A DNA stretch of 35,846 nucleotides from Octopus bimaculoides. Taxonomy: Eukaryota. The notes beneath the pieces were generated by a model. That model was not told the DNA's origin and made no database searches. It saw nothing but the letters and a program-made list of their open reading frames with translations. Position 1 is the first letter of the stretch, and each line of letters begins with the position of its first letter. Position numbers and translations under genes: made by a program. Location of the stretch: NCBI RefSeq assembly GCF_001194135.2, contig NC_068989.1, forward strand, positions 74,432,013 to 74,467,858, read 5' to 3'. Below, one piece after another: positions 1 through 10,541 of the stretch.

Positions 1-859
1 AAAAGAATCAAAGAATATGAATATATGTATAAATATATACATACATATATGTGTCTGTGTGTGTGTGTGTGTGTGTGTTTTTATGTGTATGTGTGTGTTT
101 TACGACAAGGGTTAGCTCTGGTTGTGTGAAAATAGATATTGGAAATACGCCTTCGAAGCGGAAGCGACGAGATGTATTTTCTTTCCGTTTATACAATCTT
201 AGAAGAATGCATACGTATTACTACAAGAGATTTTATTTGAAATGTTAAAACAAGCTCTGTTAAATTTATTGAAATTCTGAAAAGTTGTATGTCAGACATT
301 TCTGTTGCACTTAGTACACCGATATAATACGATTTGTACACTCACACGAGACCTACTTCTAAATATGTTTCTAAGGCAGAATGATCTATAGATCAACTAC
401 TGAATGGCTAGGCCGAACAAATGCAGTAACATTCTTAATCTCAATGCACTTCCCAAAAGGAAACATATATGCGAGGAATAAGGACATCAGGTGACTACTT
501 CCGGATTCAGAGAACATTTCCTCTATTTCCGGCACTAATTTGAAAGATGTTCGTTATTGTTATTATCGACGTGAGCTTCTGATAGTTCTGTTTTGTCTTG
601 TAAGTCATTGTTTTTACTTTTTTTTTATCGATTTTGACAACTGTTTTGACTTTTCTCTTCAGGTTTTTCTAGCATCTGCTTCTGGTAATAACTCCTGGAT
701 TTTTCAGCATTTTTGCATTTGTTCTCTACTGTTCCTATTTGCAAAGGCAGCTTATTTTTGTATATAAACACACGTACTCTGACATATAATATATAGGTAA
801 ATATATATTTATGAATGTATATATGTATACATCGATGCACTACACGTATATACACACAC

Positions 860-863
<4 letters not shown>

Positions 864-943
<80 letters not shown>

Positions 944-945
944 GC

Positions 946-980
<35 letters not shown>
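864..980. repeat. (TA)n followed by (TG)n compound microsatellite
   Basis: Pure AT dinucleotide run ~864-940, then TG run ~949-980. Confidence 0.97.
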
Positions 981-982
<2 letters not shown>

Positions 983-1039
983 CTCGTGGGCAAAAAATGT
1001 TGTCAAATATAGTTTTTAATATTTAGTGGTTTAAAGTTT

Positions 1040-1231
1040 CATATATATATTGCAAACCAATTTGGTTACTAAGAAAATCACAAAGGATATTCCACACACT
1101 CTTCAATGTATTTTGAGATGACAGTACGATCTGTAAAGAATTTTAGAAAATAATGAAACTTCTATTTTTTTCCAATTTTTACTGTCGTTTCTGTTTAGGA
1201 CCCCTATGTCATAGAAGGCAAAAGGGGTTAA
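1040..1231. mobile_element. Possible right terminus of a TTAA-targeting (piggyBac-like) non-autonomous element
   Basis: Ends in ...ggcaaaaGGGG-TTAA (TTAA at 1228-1231), the GGG|TTAA terminus typical of piggyBac. No matching left end was found, and the start coordinate is approximate. Confidence 0.3.
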
Positions 1232-1698
1232 AATTTTACGTATCGAAGAGAGATGAGTTATTATGAATTAATCTATATAATATAGTCTTTGAAAAGTATT
1301 TACAATGTCTTGAAGCGTGTTTTTAGGCTTCACAGATATGAAAATGTACAAGTTGGAAGTTTTTTTAATGTTTAAATTATATGATGTGCTTAACTAACAC
1401 TATACCTAGATTAGAGTATAATTTGAGGGAATTTCTATTGCTATATGTAAGGTCGAGTAACTACGTACATGCTGCATCTGACTTCACATAATTGATAAAT
1501 ATCATAAAATTAATTGTTTTTCAATTAGGCACAAGGCCATCAATTTTTGAGGATTATTACTTTTCTTGACATCATCGATGTCTATATTTCAAAAGATAGT
1601 GAAATTCTATTCTTGTTTTTCATATACTTTATTTTATTGGTCCATAAGTGTCACGGTGTTTTCGTTTTCAATGGCTTACCAAAGCGCTCATTGGTTTC

Positions 1699-1758
1699 GA
1701 TGATGATGAGAATGATGACGATGATGATGATGATGATGATGATGACGATGATGATGAC

Positions 1759-1806
<48 letters not shown>

Positions 1807-1876
1807 GTTGATGATGAAGAAGATGAAGTTGATGATGATGATGATGAAGATGATGATGATGATGATGATGATGATG
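1699..1876. repeat. (GAT)n trinucleotide microsatellite
   Basis: Long GAT run with GAC/GAA interruptions. It explains the poly-D, poly-M, poly-S and poly-H ORFs. Confidence 0.97.
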
Positions 1877-2074
1877 AGATGGATGGTGGATCAGGAGAGA
1901 AGGAAGCAAAGGAGAAAGCTGACGGTGACGACAGCAAGGATGATGACGAAAATGATGGCGACCTCAACTGCCATAACCAACTTCATGATAATGATGATGA
2001 TGAGGAAGTGGAGGATGATGAGCATGATGATTAGCACGAAGAGGAAGAAAATGATGACGAGAAAAACAATGGCC

Positions 2075-2150
2075 ATCACCATCATCATCACCATCATCAA
2101 CATTGTCGTAATCATCATAATCATCAACATCATCATCATCATTATCGTCA
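2075..2150. repeat. Degenerate (CAT)n microsatellite
   Basis: catcaccatcatcatcaccatcatcaacatt... run. Confidence 0.85.
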
Positions 2151-2300
2151 CCATTTTTGATATGACGATGGTCATGTTCTTGCTGTGTTCGTTCTTGTTT
2201 TGTGCTTACCATTCAGATACATTCCGAGATTTACGTCAATCATGTCTTTAGATGAGAAAATATTTTCCACTGAATAAATGATATTCATTATCTTTCATTT

Positions 2301-2456
2301 CTCATTTATTCTTACTTTCCAAAACACACACACAAAGACAGAAGCAGCCACACACACAAACAAACAAGTACACATATTACGTACAAACACTCGCTTAAAT
2401 ACAAGCTCATACACACAAACACACACTCATTTATTCTTACTTTCCAAAACACACAC
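2301..2456 (+). repeat. 31-bp direct repeat pair, 125-bp period
   Basis: ctcatttattcttactttccaaaacacacac occurs at 2301-2331 and 2426-2456. Confidence 0.9.
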
Positions 2457-2611
2457 TCAGACACACCGACACAAACTGAATAGCCGATGAGATAATTGAT
2501 TGACAGAGTGCAGACAAATGTAGATACTGCTGCCATATATGTGTTTGTGCGCTTCTGTTGTGCGTGCGGCTGCAGAGGGAAAGAAGTGATAGGGTGGGAG
2601 AACCAGATATG

Positions 2612-2662
<51 letters not shown>

Positions 2663-2727
2663 TGATAGAGAGAGAGATGGATGGATGGATGGATGGATAT
2701 ATATCTATGTGTGTGTGTGTGTATATG

Positions 2728-2784
<57 letters not shown>

Positions 2785-2819
2785 GTATATATACATATGT
2801 ATATATATATATATATATA
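2612..2819. repeat. Compound (AGAT)n/(GGAT)n/(TG)n/(TA)n microsatellite running into a gap
   Basis: Directly visible. The N-gap starts at 2820. Confidence 0.95.
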
Positions 2820-3769
2820 NNNNNNNNNNNNNNNNNNNNNNNNNNNNNNNNNNNNNNNNNNNNNNNNNNNNNNNNNNNNNNNNNNNNNNNNNNNNNNNNN
2901 NNNNNNNNNNNNNNNNNNNNNNNNNNNNNNNNNNNNNNNNNNNNNNNNNNNNNNNNNNNNNNNNNNNNNNNNNNNNNNNNNNNNNNNNNNNNNNNNNNNN
3001 NNNNNNNNNNNNNNNNNNNNNNNNNNNNNNNNNNNNNNNNNNNNNNNNNNNNNNNNNNNNNNNNNNNNNNNNNNNNNNNNNNNNNNNNNNNNNNNNNNNN
3101 NNNNNNNNNNNNNNNNNNNNNNNNNNNNNNNNNNNNNNNNNNNNNNNNNNNNNNNNNNNNNNNNNNNNNNNNNNNNNNNNNNNNNNNNNNNNNNNNNNNN
3201 NNNNNNNNNNNNNNNNNNNNNNNNNNNNNNNNNNNNNNNNNNNNNNNNNNNNNNNNNNNNNNNNNNNNNNNNNNNNNNNNNNNNNNNNNNNNNNNNNNNN
3301 NNNNNNNNNNNNNNNNNNNNNNNNNNNNNNNNNNNNNNNNNNNNNNNNNNNNNNNNNNNNNNNNNNNNNNNNNNNNNNNNNNNNNNNNNNNNNNNNNNNN
3401 NNNNNNNNNNNNNNNNNNNNNNNNNNNNNNNNNNNNNNNNNNNNNNNNNNNNNNNNNNNNNNNNNNNNNNNNNNNNNNNNNNNNNNNNNNNNNNNNNNNN
3501 NNNNNNNNNNNNNNNNNNNNNNNNNNNNNNNNNNNNNNNNNNNNNNNNNNNNNNNNNNNNNNNNNNNNNNNNNNNNNNNNNNNNNNNNNNNNNNNNNNNN
3601 NNNNNNNNNNNNNNNNNNNNNNNNNNNNNNNNNNNNNNNNNNNNNNNNNNNNNNNNNNNNNNNNNNNNNNNNTATATATATATATAATATTATATAGATA
3701 GATATGTGCACATACACAATATATATGCACACATACTTACATATAAACATACACACTCACAAACACACT

Positions 3770-4330
3770 CTGGTAAAATCTTCTATAACCCTCCACCTCC
3801 TCAACCATCTAGTCACAAGAGAAGATCTCGAAATATTGTATGACTCTTATTAGATATTCAGTTCCCCAGCAACCACAAGTATAGTTAAATGTCTAATAAT
3901 CACACAAACATATTCATGTCACCCTAATGTAAAAATTTATATTCGTAAGCACCCGTTTGTTCGGATCGATCCTCGATTCACATGCTTTAATAAATCCTCG
4001 ATTCACATGCTTTAATAAATCTAGATGTCCTTTAGAGAAAGCATTGGGCATATTGTCTGGGATTTTTTTATGAAACACAGCTATTGGCAAACCGAGGCAC
4101 GGGCTACAGAGAGACCAAATTTTATATAGGGTCTGTTTAAGAAAAAAACTAAATCTATATACAACACCTATCTTTCTCCCTTTAGACACCCCGAGACGAG
4201 AAATGCAACAACCATATCGGCATTAACCTGGTGACTGGAAGGCAGGAACATCAACTACAACATCAAACATCGCGGATATTTTCGATGAAGAAGCCTGAAG
4301 TTAACGAAACAAAAAGATGTTCTGTATGCT
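3770..4330 (+). mobile_element. Decayed Penelope-like element: linker plus GIY-YIG endonuclease fragment
   Basis: Frameshifted translation gives RSRNIV*, FPSNHKYS, CFNKSRCPL, ETKFYIGS, KSIYNTYLSPFRHPETRNATTISALTW*LEGRNINYNIK and KRCSVC. These match PLE motifs (RKRNIIW, HFPxxHKY, CxCxxxxxCPL, YIG, RYxxHxxSF...T-LS, C-LC). Confidence 0.8.
3971..4020 (+). repeat. Perfect 25-bp tandem duplication inside the PLE fragment
   Basis: cctcgattcacatgctttaataaat x2. Confidence 0.95.
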
Positions 4331-5304
4331 TCATTTTTGTCTCTATATGCTTAGTTTTTTTCTATTTTGTTTTACTCATTTTGTACTTTTAATTTTGCAA
4401 CTAATTTTCTAGCCAGTTCATTTAACCATAAACATCTCATTAATTGTATGACTTCTTATTTTATTTTTATATCTTACATTTCTTTCCTGTAATCACGTTT
4501 TTCATTTGGAATCAATAAAAAAAAATTATTACTGTTCATTATGTATAACATCCAGAATTAAATTAACGTCTGGCTTTCAAAATAAAACAAAAATGCAATA
4601 TATAAGACAAAGATAAAAAGAAAATGGATGAGTCGATAAACTTCAAGATCGTGGAGCCTACAAGTACAAAACTATTATGTGTTTCCATGTTTCCCAGAGC
4701 GACATGTTATATCATTGTCACATCAGATTCTGCCCGAGGATGAAGTGATGTTAACTGAATAATCAGACACGGTAAGATTCAATAAATAAGAACTCATATT
4801 TGTTGAACAGCAACTGGAACACGTATCATTTTCATTTCATTTTATTTAAATCAATGCATGTGTAGCTGAAGCTTTGTCGGTGTTGGTTTTTAAACTGGTG
4901 TCACCTGCGATCAAAAACATCTATGATGAAAGCATTCTGGGCCTGAACAACTTGTCTTTGGTAAAAGGTATTTAAGATACGATTTTCATTTATTTAAACT
5001 TGTGTGCGTGTCTTCTTCGTAGGTGTGCTGTGATTTTGACGGCGATATGCAAGCGGTGGCCAATATGAGTTACATGAAAGTGACGACAACGGTAAAGACG
5101 ATGAGTGTAACTATGGACATGGTACTACTGCTGAGCTGCTGCTCTGCTATTTTGCTGCTCAACTACTGTTACTGCTATTACTGCTAAGCTGCTGCTGTTG
5201 CAGGTGGTGATGATCGGGATCATGATGATCGGGATCATGATGTGGCAGCGATAAGAATGGCAACGACGACGATTATTTATATCCTTTTTATTAATATGTT
5301 TAAC

Positions 5305-6978
5305 ATTATTGGGTGAAAGTTGCGAAAATGACGAGAGTGGATGGTACCTCTCTAAGTGTAGACCTGTTTGTCGGAGAAAGGAAATTGGAGAGGGCACTCA
5401 CCCTTGGAGTTCAGGGAGGTCTTGGACAGTAGGGATCCTCGATTATCCGTAGAAGTCATCCTGTATCAGGAGAACTACATCTCTATACTGTCCCACCCAC
5501 CCTTCGAGCAAGCAGAATCGTTAGCTGTTCATTACCAGTGAACTAAGGTAACACATCTTATTTTTCCAGCAACTTCCGGAGTATTTGAGCAGTTCCAAGC
5601 AGTGCTCCACCCTTATTGCAGCCCCTATTTGTTGCATGTACTTCTCGAGATTGTTACTCACTGTTCCCAGGGCTCCGACAATTATTGGTATCACTACCAC
5701 CTTTTTTCATTGACCACAACAGCTTTATCTCCCAAGCTAATCTGTCATACCTATCAACTTTTCATTCTTCCTTATCGCATGCCTTGTTGTCAGCTGGGCA
5801 TGCTATATCAATGATCCAGCATAGTTTACTTTCTTTCTCAATTAAGACTATGTCTGGCTTCCTATTTTCTATCTCATGGTCGCATTGAATCAGAAAATCC
5901 CATAGGATCTTTGTATTTCTATTTTCGATGAAGTCTTCGGGTTTGTGGTCGTACCATTTTTTTCTGTGTCAAGACAATATTGTTGCAAAGCGTCCAAATG
6001 ACAATCCTTACTATATTGTCGTGCCTTCTCTTATATTCCTTCTGTGCTAGTGGCGTACATTGGCTGGTAATATGCCATACGGTTTCACCGTTTTGACCAC
6101 AGATTCTGCACTTATCACTTTCTAATGTGTTGTCTATTCTGTATTTTATGTAGTTCGTTCTTAGTGCTTGCTTTTGGGCAGCACAGATTAGAGCCCCCGT
6201 TTTAAATCACTTTCAGTCATCCACAGCCATCTTTTTTTCTGTCTTATCTTCGACATCCCTATGAAATTGTCCATGCATTCTTTTCTTTACCCATCTATTT
6301 TCGATTTCATTCATTTTCAATTGCTTGCACAGTGCTTTATCTTTGCAATCTTTCATCCTAAACAAGGCTGACCTTCTTACTTCCAATAATAGCGGTTCTG
6401 TGATATTTTTTACATACCATGCTATGTTGTTTTCTAATGCTCTAATGCTGTGTTCGCATCCAATAAGTCCTATCCCCCCATTTTTGTTGGTACATACAGT
6501 CTGTCTGTGTCACGTTTTAGGTGGAGTGTCCCAAATGTAGTTAGCAACTTCCTTCTTCTCACTGAGCCGTTTAGTTCGTCTACTGTCCATGCAATTACCC
6601 TGCTCCATATCTAAGGAGAGAAACCGCCCAGGTATTGAAAACTTCAAACTTATTCCGTCCATTTAATTTCGACTTAAGGATCAGTCTCAGTCTGTGCAAG
6701 TACTTCACCTTAAATTTTTCTGTCATTTCTTTCTCCATCAATTTATCCATTTCCAAAATCCCCAAATACTTATAGCCCGTCTCTTCTATCAGCTTCATAA
6801 CCTCCCCCGACAGTATCGTTAGCCCGTCCATACATTTGATTTTGCCTCTCTTCAAGACTAACACACCACGCTTTCTCAGTTCGAACTCCATTCTGATATC
6901 AGCACTGAAAGTATGCACTGTATCAACGAGGAAACTGACTTGGGCTTCATCTGTACCATAAAGTGTGAGGTCAGCCAT
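5305..6978 (-). mobile_element. 5'-truncated R4/Dong-clade non-LTR retrotransposon (RT C-terminus, CCHC knuckle, restriction-like endonuclease, 3'UTR)
   Basis: ORF 6978-6595 starts MADLTLYG (degenerate FMDDLKLY) and contains YKYLGILE and KLNGRNK...NTWAVSLLRYGAG. Downstream are ALICAAQKQALRTNYIK, CRICGQNGETVWHITSQCTPLAQKEYKRRHD, KILWDF, RKPDIVL...IIDIACP and IPIIVGALG. The 3' end runs into a degenerate AATAAT tail at ~5305. Stops and frameshifts are present. Confidence 0.92.
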
Positions 6979-7077
6979 GCAATCTTACGGCACTCACTAA
7001 CAATATAGCTTATACTTTCTCCCTTCTCAGAGCACATCCTACACTGTGGCGAGTCAGTGCTTTTATCAATGTGATAT
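6979..7077 (-). mobile_element. Zinc-knuckle fragment of a second R4/Dong-like element fused to the 5' end of the first
   Basis: Translates as YHIDKSTDSPQCRMCSEKGESISYIVSECRKIA. It is homologous to, but different from, the knuckle at ~6040-6150. Confidence 0.8.
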
Positions 7078-7088
7078 TATTATTATTA

Positions 7089-7130
<42 letters not shown>
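7076..7130. repeat. (TAT)n/(AAT)n microsatellite
   Basis: Directly visible. Confidence 0.97.
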
Positions 7131-7131
<1 letters not shown>

Positions 7132-7256
7132 GTTCAGTAGTTTTATTTTTATAACGTGCTTTCACTTCACTACCGAGCGCAGCTCTGTGCGCCTTGGGTA
7201 TGTGCTGTGGTTTGCTGTGGTGCTCTTATGTTTACTGTATTGAAAGTGTTTTGTAA
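7131..7256 (-). mobile_element. Short 3'-terminal stub of an R4/Dong-like LINE with (AAT)n tail
   Basis: The minus strand reads ...caaaacactttcaatacagtaa (KTLSIQ*, like the HILRKxLS C-terminus of R4/Dong ORFs). About 100 nt of UTR follows, ending aaaactactgaac-aataataat. It is flanked by (AAT)n on both sides. Family assignment rests partly on recall. Confidence 0.6.
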
Positions 7257-7261
7257 GTGTT

Positions 7262-7272
7262 TTTTATTATCA

Positions 7273-7339
<67 letters not shown>

Positions 7340-7360
7340 TATTATTATTATTGTTATTAT
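7262..7360. repeat. (TTA)n microsatellite
   Basis: Directly visible. It explains the poly-L and poly-N ORFs. Confidence 0.97.
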
Positions 7361-7361
7361 G

Positions 7362-7590
7362 AAGGCGACGAGCTGGCAGAATAGTTAGCACGCTGGAGGA
7401 AATGCTTAGCGGTATTTCGCCCGTCGCTACGCTTTGAGTTCAAATTCCTTCGAGGTCGACTTTGCCTTTTATCCTTTCGCGGTCGATAGATTAAGTACCA
7501 GTGAAACACTGTGGTCGATGTAATTGACTATCCCCTTCCCCCAAATTTCAGGCCCTGTGCCTATAGTAGAAAGGATTATTATTATAATTA
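7362..7590 (+). mobile_element. tRNA-derived SINE (octopus-type), near full length, with (ATT)n tail
   Basis: Box A-like TGGCAGAATAG, box B-like GAGTTCAAATTCC, core gtcgactttgccttttatcctttcgcggtcgatagattaagtaccag, and a 3' ccctgtgcctatagtagaaagg-attattatt tail. Confidence 0.85.
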
Positions 7591-7883
7591 TTTCCATGAT
7601 GCTGATGATGATGACGATGACGATGAGGAAGACGATGATAATAATTTTGATGATGAGGAGGTGCTGATCACGATGACGAAGTCGATGATGGTGTTTAGCT
7701 AATATAGATGAAACGCATTTTTGTTACTTCGATTTATTGGAATCTTTCAATAACAACTGGTAGGGACGGCTAAATTTACGTAACATCAAAGATCCGTCTC
7801 AAAAGTAATTTCATCATCAAATGATTGTCTTTACCTGAAGAGTACAAGCAAAGAATATTGCGCCCTCTTTTAGTTGTCGCCAT

Positions 7884-8010
7884 GCATCATCATCATTAGC
7901 AACAGCAGCAGCAGAGGCATCACTTGTATTACCATCACCACCACTGACGCCATCATCAACAACAGAATCATGATGATGACGACGACCGTCATCATCATCA
8001 TCATCATCAT

Positions 8011-8041
<31 letters not shown>

Positions 8042-8086
8042 GCCACTGTCGTCTGCCTCTTCATCATCATCTTCGTCTTCTTCTTT
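7884..8086. repeat. (CAT)n/(CAG)/(CTT) low-complexity trinucleotide tract running into a gap
   Basis: Directly visible. A GAT-rich tract lies upstream at ~7596-7690. Confidence 0.9.
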
Positions 8087-8811
8087 NNNNNNNNNNNNNN
8101 NNNNNNNNNNNNNNNNNNNNNNNNNNNNNNNNNNNNNNNNNNNNNNNNNNNNNNNNNNNNNNNNNNNNNNNNNNNNNNNNNNNNNNNNNNNNNNNNNNNN
8201 NNNNNNNNNNNNNNNNNNNNNNNNNNNNNNNNNNNNNNNNNNNNNNNNNNNNNNNNNNNNNNNNNNNNNNNNNNNNNNNNNNNNNNNNNNNNNNNNNNNN
8301 NNNNNNNNNNNNNNNNNNNNNNNNNNNNNNNNNNNNNNNNNNNNNNNNNNNNNNNNNNNNNNNNNNNNNNNNNNNNNNNNNNNNNNNNNNNNNNNNNNNN
8401 NNNNNNNNNNNNNNNNNNNNNNNNNNNNNNNNNNNNNNNNNNNNNNNNNNNNNNNNNNNNNNNNNNNNNNNNNNNNNNNNNNNNNNNNNNNNNNNNNNNN
8501 NNNNNNNNNNNNNNNNNNNNNNNNNNNNNNNNNNNNNNNNNNNNNNNNNNNNNNNNNNNNNNNNNNNNNNNNNNNNNNNNNNNNNNNNNNNNNNNNNNNN
8601 NNNNNNNNNNNNNNNNNNNNNNNNNNNNNNNNNNNNNNNNNNNNNNNNNNNNNNNNNNNNNNNNNNNNNNNNNNNNNNNNNNNNNNNNNNNNNNNNNNNN
8701 NNNNNNNNNNNNNNNNNNNNNNNNNNNNNNNNNNNNNNNNNNNNNNNNNNNNNNNNNNNNNNNNNNNNNNNNNNNNNNNNNNNNNNNTATATATATATAT
8801 ACACACGCACA

Positions 8812-9210
8812 CAGAGTGGCGTTCATTAAAGATTTCCCCTGACCCATTCTCCCATCACATTATGCAGTCTTTAGAATTCGGTAGGTTGCGTACTACTAAG
8901 CAAAGACTTTGCCTCGGAAATAAGTTCATCATCATCCGAAAAGTGCTTCTCCTTCAAAAAAGACTTTATGTTCGGAAGAGTAAGCGGAATGACGAAGGAT
9001 TTCATAGCCGCGGGCGTGTGCTTTCATCTGGGATCCGGACGCAATCTAATGATTTCTACAGATGAGATCCTCACAGCTGCATAATGCGAATGGAGAAGTG
9101 TGTTAGCATCGGTAGTGGCAATGTAGAGAAGGACGAAAAATTATGCCAAGTTTCGTTTATTCCCACCCCTCGAAAGTGGGTTAGGGGAAATCTTTAATGA
9201 ACACCCCTAG
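8812..9210 (+). mobile_element. Internally deleted mariner derivative (~400 bp) with both TIRs
   Basis: Inverted repeats gttcattaaagatttcccct(g/a)accca lie at 8821-8846 and 9177-9202. The interior encodes ...SGIRTQSNDFYR*DPHSCIMRMEKCVSIGSGNVEK, resembling the mariner C-terminus (FYxxGIxxLxxRWEKCVxxxGxYVEK). Confidence 0.75.
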
Positions 9211-9248
9211 TGTGTGTGTGTAAATGTATATATAAATACGAAATAACT

Positions 9249-9702
9249 TTATTATTCCTAAAAATAACGTTAGTAGCCGCGAGCGTAAAAGTGGTACAGG
9301 CAAAATTAATAATTATATATAAGAAATATAAATATATTTATATATAGTAGGGTACTATATAAGCACCTGCTTCGCTAAAAATAGAAGTTGAAATACTCCT
9401 AATCCACGGAAGAATCGCCAAATTAATAGAGGCATGACAGGAGAAAAGTGTTAGTGAATAAGAAGAGCGTCTTATCTCTGCAAAGGTTGCAGAAGGAATG
9501 TCAGTTAATCTGATATCATGATCTCGAATTTAGAGCCAAAAGCACCCGATCCTCTTCAGTCAGATCCGCAAGAGACAACTACTAATATTCACCACTACCA
9601 TCACTTGTAATTCGTTTGGGTGCTCGAACACTATTGAAACAAACGAACCATGTGATATAAACTTTATAAATATAAAAGAACATTATTATTCCTAAAAATA
9701 AC
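9249..9702 (-). mobile_element. Non-coding hammerhead-containing element with 20-bp terminal direct repeat (PLE terminal repeat or retrozyme-like)
   Basis: ttattattcctaaaaataac occurs at 9249-9268 and 9683-9702 (434-nt period). There is an internal hammerhead motif, no ORF, and (TA)n flanks. Confidence 0.65.
9507..9566 (-). ncRNA. Type-I hammerhead ribozyme motif with one core mutation (GAGA for GAAA)
   Basis: Minus strand: G-AUCUGA CUGAAGA GGAUCGGGUGC UUUUG GCUCUAAAUUC GAGA UCAUGAU A UCAGAU-U. Stem I is 6 Watson-Crick bp plus a G-U pair, stem II is imperfect, stem III is palindromic (AUCAUGAU), and the cleavage triplet is AUA. Confidence 0.7.
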
Positions 9703-9703
9703 A

Positions 9704-9739
<36 letters not shown>

Positions 9740-10492
9740 AAATAGTAAATGAGTATATGCATATATACGTACAGGTATGTGCGTACCGACATCTACCTGT
9801 ATGTATATATGCATATCTGGGTACAGGACATTGCAAACAAAACGTAGACGGGAAAACACACAAGCCACATAGAGAACATTCTACTTCATNNNNNNNNNNN
9901 NNNNNNNNNNNNNNNNNNNNNNNNNNNNNNNNNNNNNNNNNNNNNNNNNNNNNNNNNNNNNNNNNNNNNNNNNNNNNNNNNNNNNNNNNNNNNNNNNNNN
10001 NNNNNNNNNNNNNNNNNNNNNNNNNNNNNNNNNNNNNNNNNNNNNNNNNNNNNNNNNNNNNNNNNNNNNNNNNNNNNNNNNNNNNNNNNNNNNNNNNNNN
10101 NNNNNNNNNNNNNNNNNNNNNNNNNNNNNNNNNNNNNNNNNNNNNNNNNNNNNNNNNNNNNNNNNNNNNNNNNNNNNNNNNNNNNNNNNNNNNNNNNNNN
10201 NNNNNNNNNNNNNNNNNNNNNNNNNNNNNNNNNNNNNNNNNNNNNNNNNNNNNNNNNNNNNNNNNNNNNNNNNNNNNNNNNNNNNNNNNNNNNNNNNNNN
10301 NNNNNNNNNNNNNNNNNNNNNNNNNNNNNNNNNNNNNNNNNNNNNNNNNNNNNNNNNNNNNNNNNNNNNNNNNNNNNNNNNNNNNNNNNNNNNNNNNNNN
10401 NNNNNNNNNNNNNNNNNNNNNNNNNNNNNNNNNNNNNNNNNNNNNNNNNNNNNNNNNNNNNNNNNNNNNNNNNNNNNNNNNNNNNNNNNNNN

Positions 10493-10541
10493 TGGTGGTT
10501 TTGGTGGTGGTGGTGGTGGTTTTGGTGGTGGTGGTGGTGGT
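10493..10541. repeat. (GGT)n microsatellite
   Basis: Directly visible. It explains the poly-P and poly-V ORF segments. Confidence 0.9.

Noticed and set aside
100-767. Short ORFs and a 64-nt gtaagt...ttcag intron-like segment (~600-662)
   Set aside because: No consistent exon chain or recognisable product on either strand.
1525-1660. Possible very old reverse-oriented SINE remnants here and at ~4880-4970, ~17260-17600 and ~35630-35740
   Set aside because: Only short motif similarity remains, so boundaries and family cannot be supported.
1547-2251. Long ORFs (poly-M, poly-D, poly-S, poly-H) suggesting an acidic or His-rich protein
   Set aside because: All frames are produced by (GAT)n/(CAT)n microsatellites, and the flanks have no coding signal.
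2437-3756. ORFs of 300-440 aa here and at the other N-gaps
   Set aside because: They consist of X residues from assembly gaps plus dinucleotide-repeat translations (YIYI, HTHT, CVCV).
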